Part shown: one piece after another, positions 62,772-64,000 of the stretch | Position numbering within the stretch: position 1 is the first letter of the stretch | How the letters are laid out: each line of letters starts with the position of its first letter | Source: Balanoglossus misakiensis | Taxonomy: Eukaryota > Animalia > Hemichordata | Direction of reading: 5' to 3' | NCBI GenBank assembly: GCA_040954595.2 | Contig: CM082596.2 | Location: 2,288,999 to 2,352,998 of the forward strand | Length of the DNA: 64,000 bases | Made by a program: the position numbers and the translations under genes | Notes under the pieces: model-generated | Database searches by the model: none | Seen by the model: only the letters and a program-made list of their open reading frames with translations | Told to the model about the DNA's origin: nothing

Positions 62772-64000
62772 ATTGCAGTGTTACAACTAAGGTTGCCAAT
62801 CTGTTGAAATATAAAATACGTTGAAATATCTGTTACACATTCTCATGATCTAAAGCCAATAAAGCCATGTCTAGTTTATGATGCCATAAAGCACTCTCAA
62901 CTCTAATGTTTGGCTATATTTTCAGTTTCGAGAAACGGCCAATATCAATGCTGATTACAACGAAGACAGTGTTGAAAACCCAAATATTGAGCAAGGGTTT
63001 GTTTTACAGAGTAGAACACGAAACCACAACTGATACCCAAAACAAAACTGCAGAGGTCCATAAATAAAAGTAATAAATACCTACAATCAACGGGTTGCAA
63101 ACAATCTTGAACTGTGAAGATTTTCTGCTCGATAGAGATGAACGTCTTGTCGGCTGTTGCAAACTAGATGTTGCGTTTGACGTTTTCTTTGGGTGGCGAC
63201 TGTTTATGAAGTCTGTCACCATAGTTACCATCCATGTTGTGATGATATGATTTACTGTTTCTCCATGGATAATATACAGGTCTGTTTATATTTGCACAAG
63301 TGTTCAGTGGCCGAGCTTGAGTCATAAGCTTTACACAGCAGTAGGTTTCCACAAATATGATTGGATGGCAAAGTGATAAAGATATTTCACAACGACCTCA
63401 TAAATTAGGTGAGTGTCATGGCATGAAATGTTACTATATTATCTGCAATAAAGTAAAGGTTTTGGACTTTGTTCCCTGAACGAAATGAAAGAGAGCTTGG
63501 TACTTAATTGATTGAAAAAAATTTGTATCATTTGAGATGTTTAACAGCTAAGCTTGAACTGTCTGCAATTCTTTTCAGTAAGACTTGTAAAAGAAGGAAA
63601 TATTCATCTTTATATGTCTAAAAGTCCAAAAATAAAACCCTTGACAACTGTTCAAAATATCAGACAAGTGATAAAGAAAGATACCTACATATTCTTGATT
63701 GAAGTGAACAATTCACAGAAACAAAAACGCACACCATGATATCAGAAGGCACTACTACATTTCTCTGCTTTGCGTGGAATGACCATGGAATAGTGAAAGA
63801 ATGGCTGGACCGACGCGACGAATGAGTCTCCACTACAATGACTCTGACACAGTTCTTTGAAGAAATATCAACTCGATACAAACATGAACAGCCTGTTGAT
63901 ATACTATGACTATTGCTCAAGTCCACTCACCGAGTGACTTTCAAAAATCACTTTCAAAAATAAATTTGTAAGTACACCTATAGAGTTATGTAGGGGCTGA

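Noticed and set aside
1-64000. CRISPR arrays, prokaryotic operons or defence systems, rRNA/tRNA genes
   Set aside because: The sequence is spliced eukaryotic DNA; no regularly spaced repeat-spacer array or structured RNA gene was seen.

Overview
Intron-rich, AT-rich animal genomic DNA. It is probably a non-vertebrate deuterostome such as a hemichordate; this is inferred from the gene content and the ambulacrarian-type CCK/sulfakinin peptides. I reconstructed ten spliced genes by hand from GT-AG/AT-AC junctions and frame continuity. In order: a ~164-aa soluble tomosyn/amisyn-type R-SNARE protein (+, 10.4-kb first intron); a CCK/gastrin/sulfakinin-type neuropeptide precursor (-); NPHP3 (+); a 102-aa ankyrin-repeat protein missed by the ORF track (+); a secreted Ig + active trypsin + dead trypsin protein (-); a SRCR-WSC-CUB-CCP-TM receptor with a 12-Tyr tail, head-to-head with the protease (+); an amidase-type PGRP with a kB-site cluster, a possible CUG-initiated leader and an orphan exon copy (-); DNA2 with a U12 AT-AC intron (-); ARP3, sharing a ~285-bp divergent promoter with DNA2 (+); and a LITAF-domain gene (-). 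Several MITE-like inverted repeats and microsatellites are also present. No rRNA, tRNA or CRISPR array was seen. The best candidates for undescribed biology are the protease/pseudoprotease-receptor-PGRP cluster and the stand-alone R-SNARE next to the neuropeptide gene. Exon coordinates were read manually and no database searches were run.
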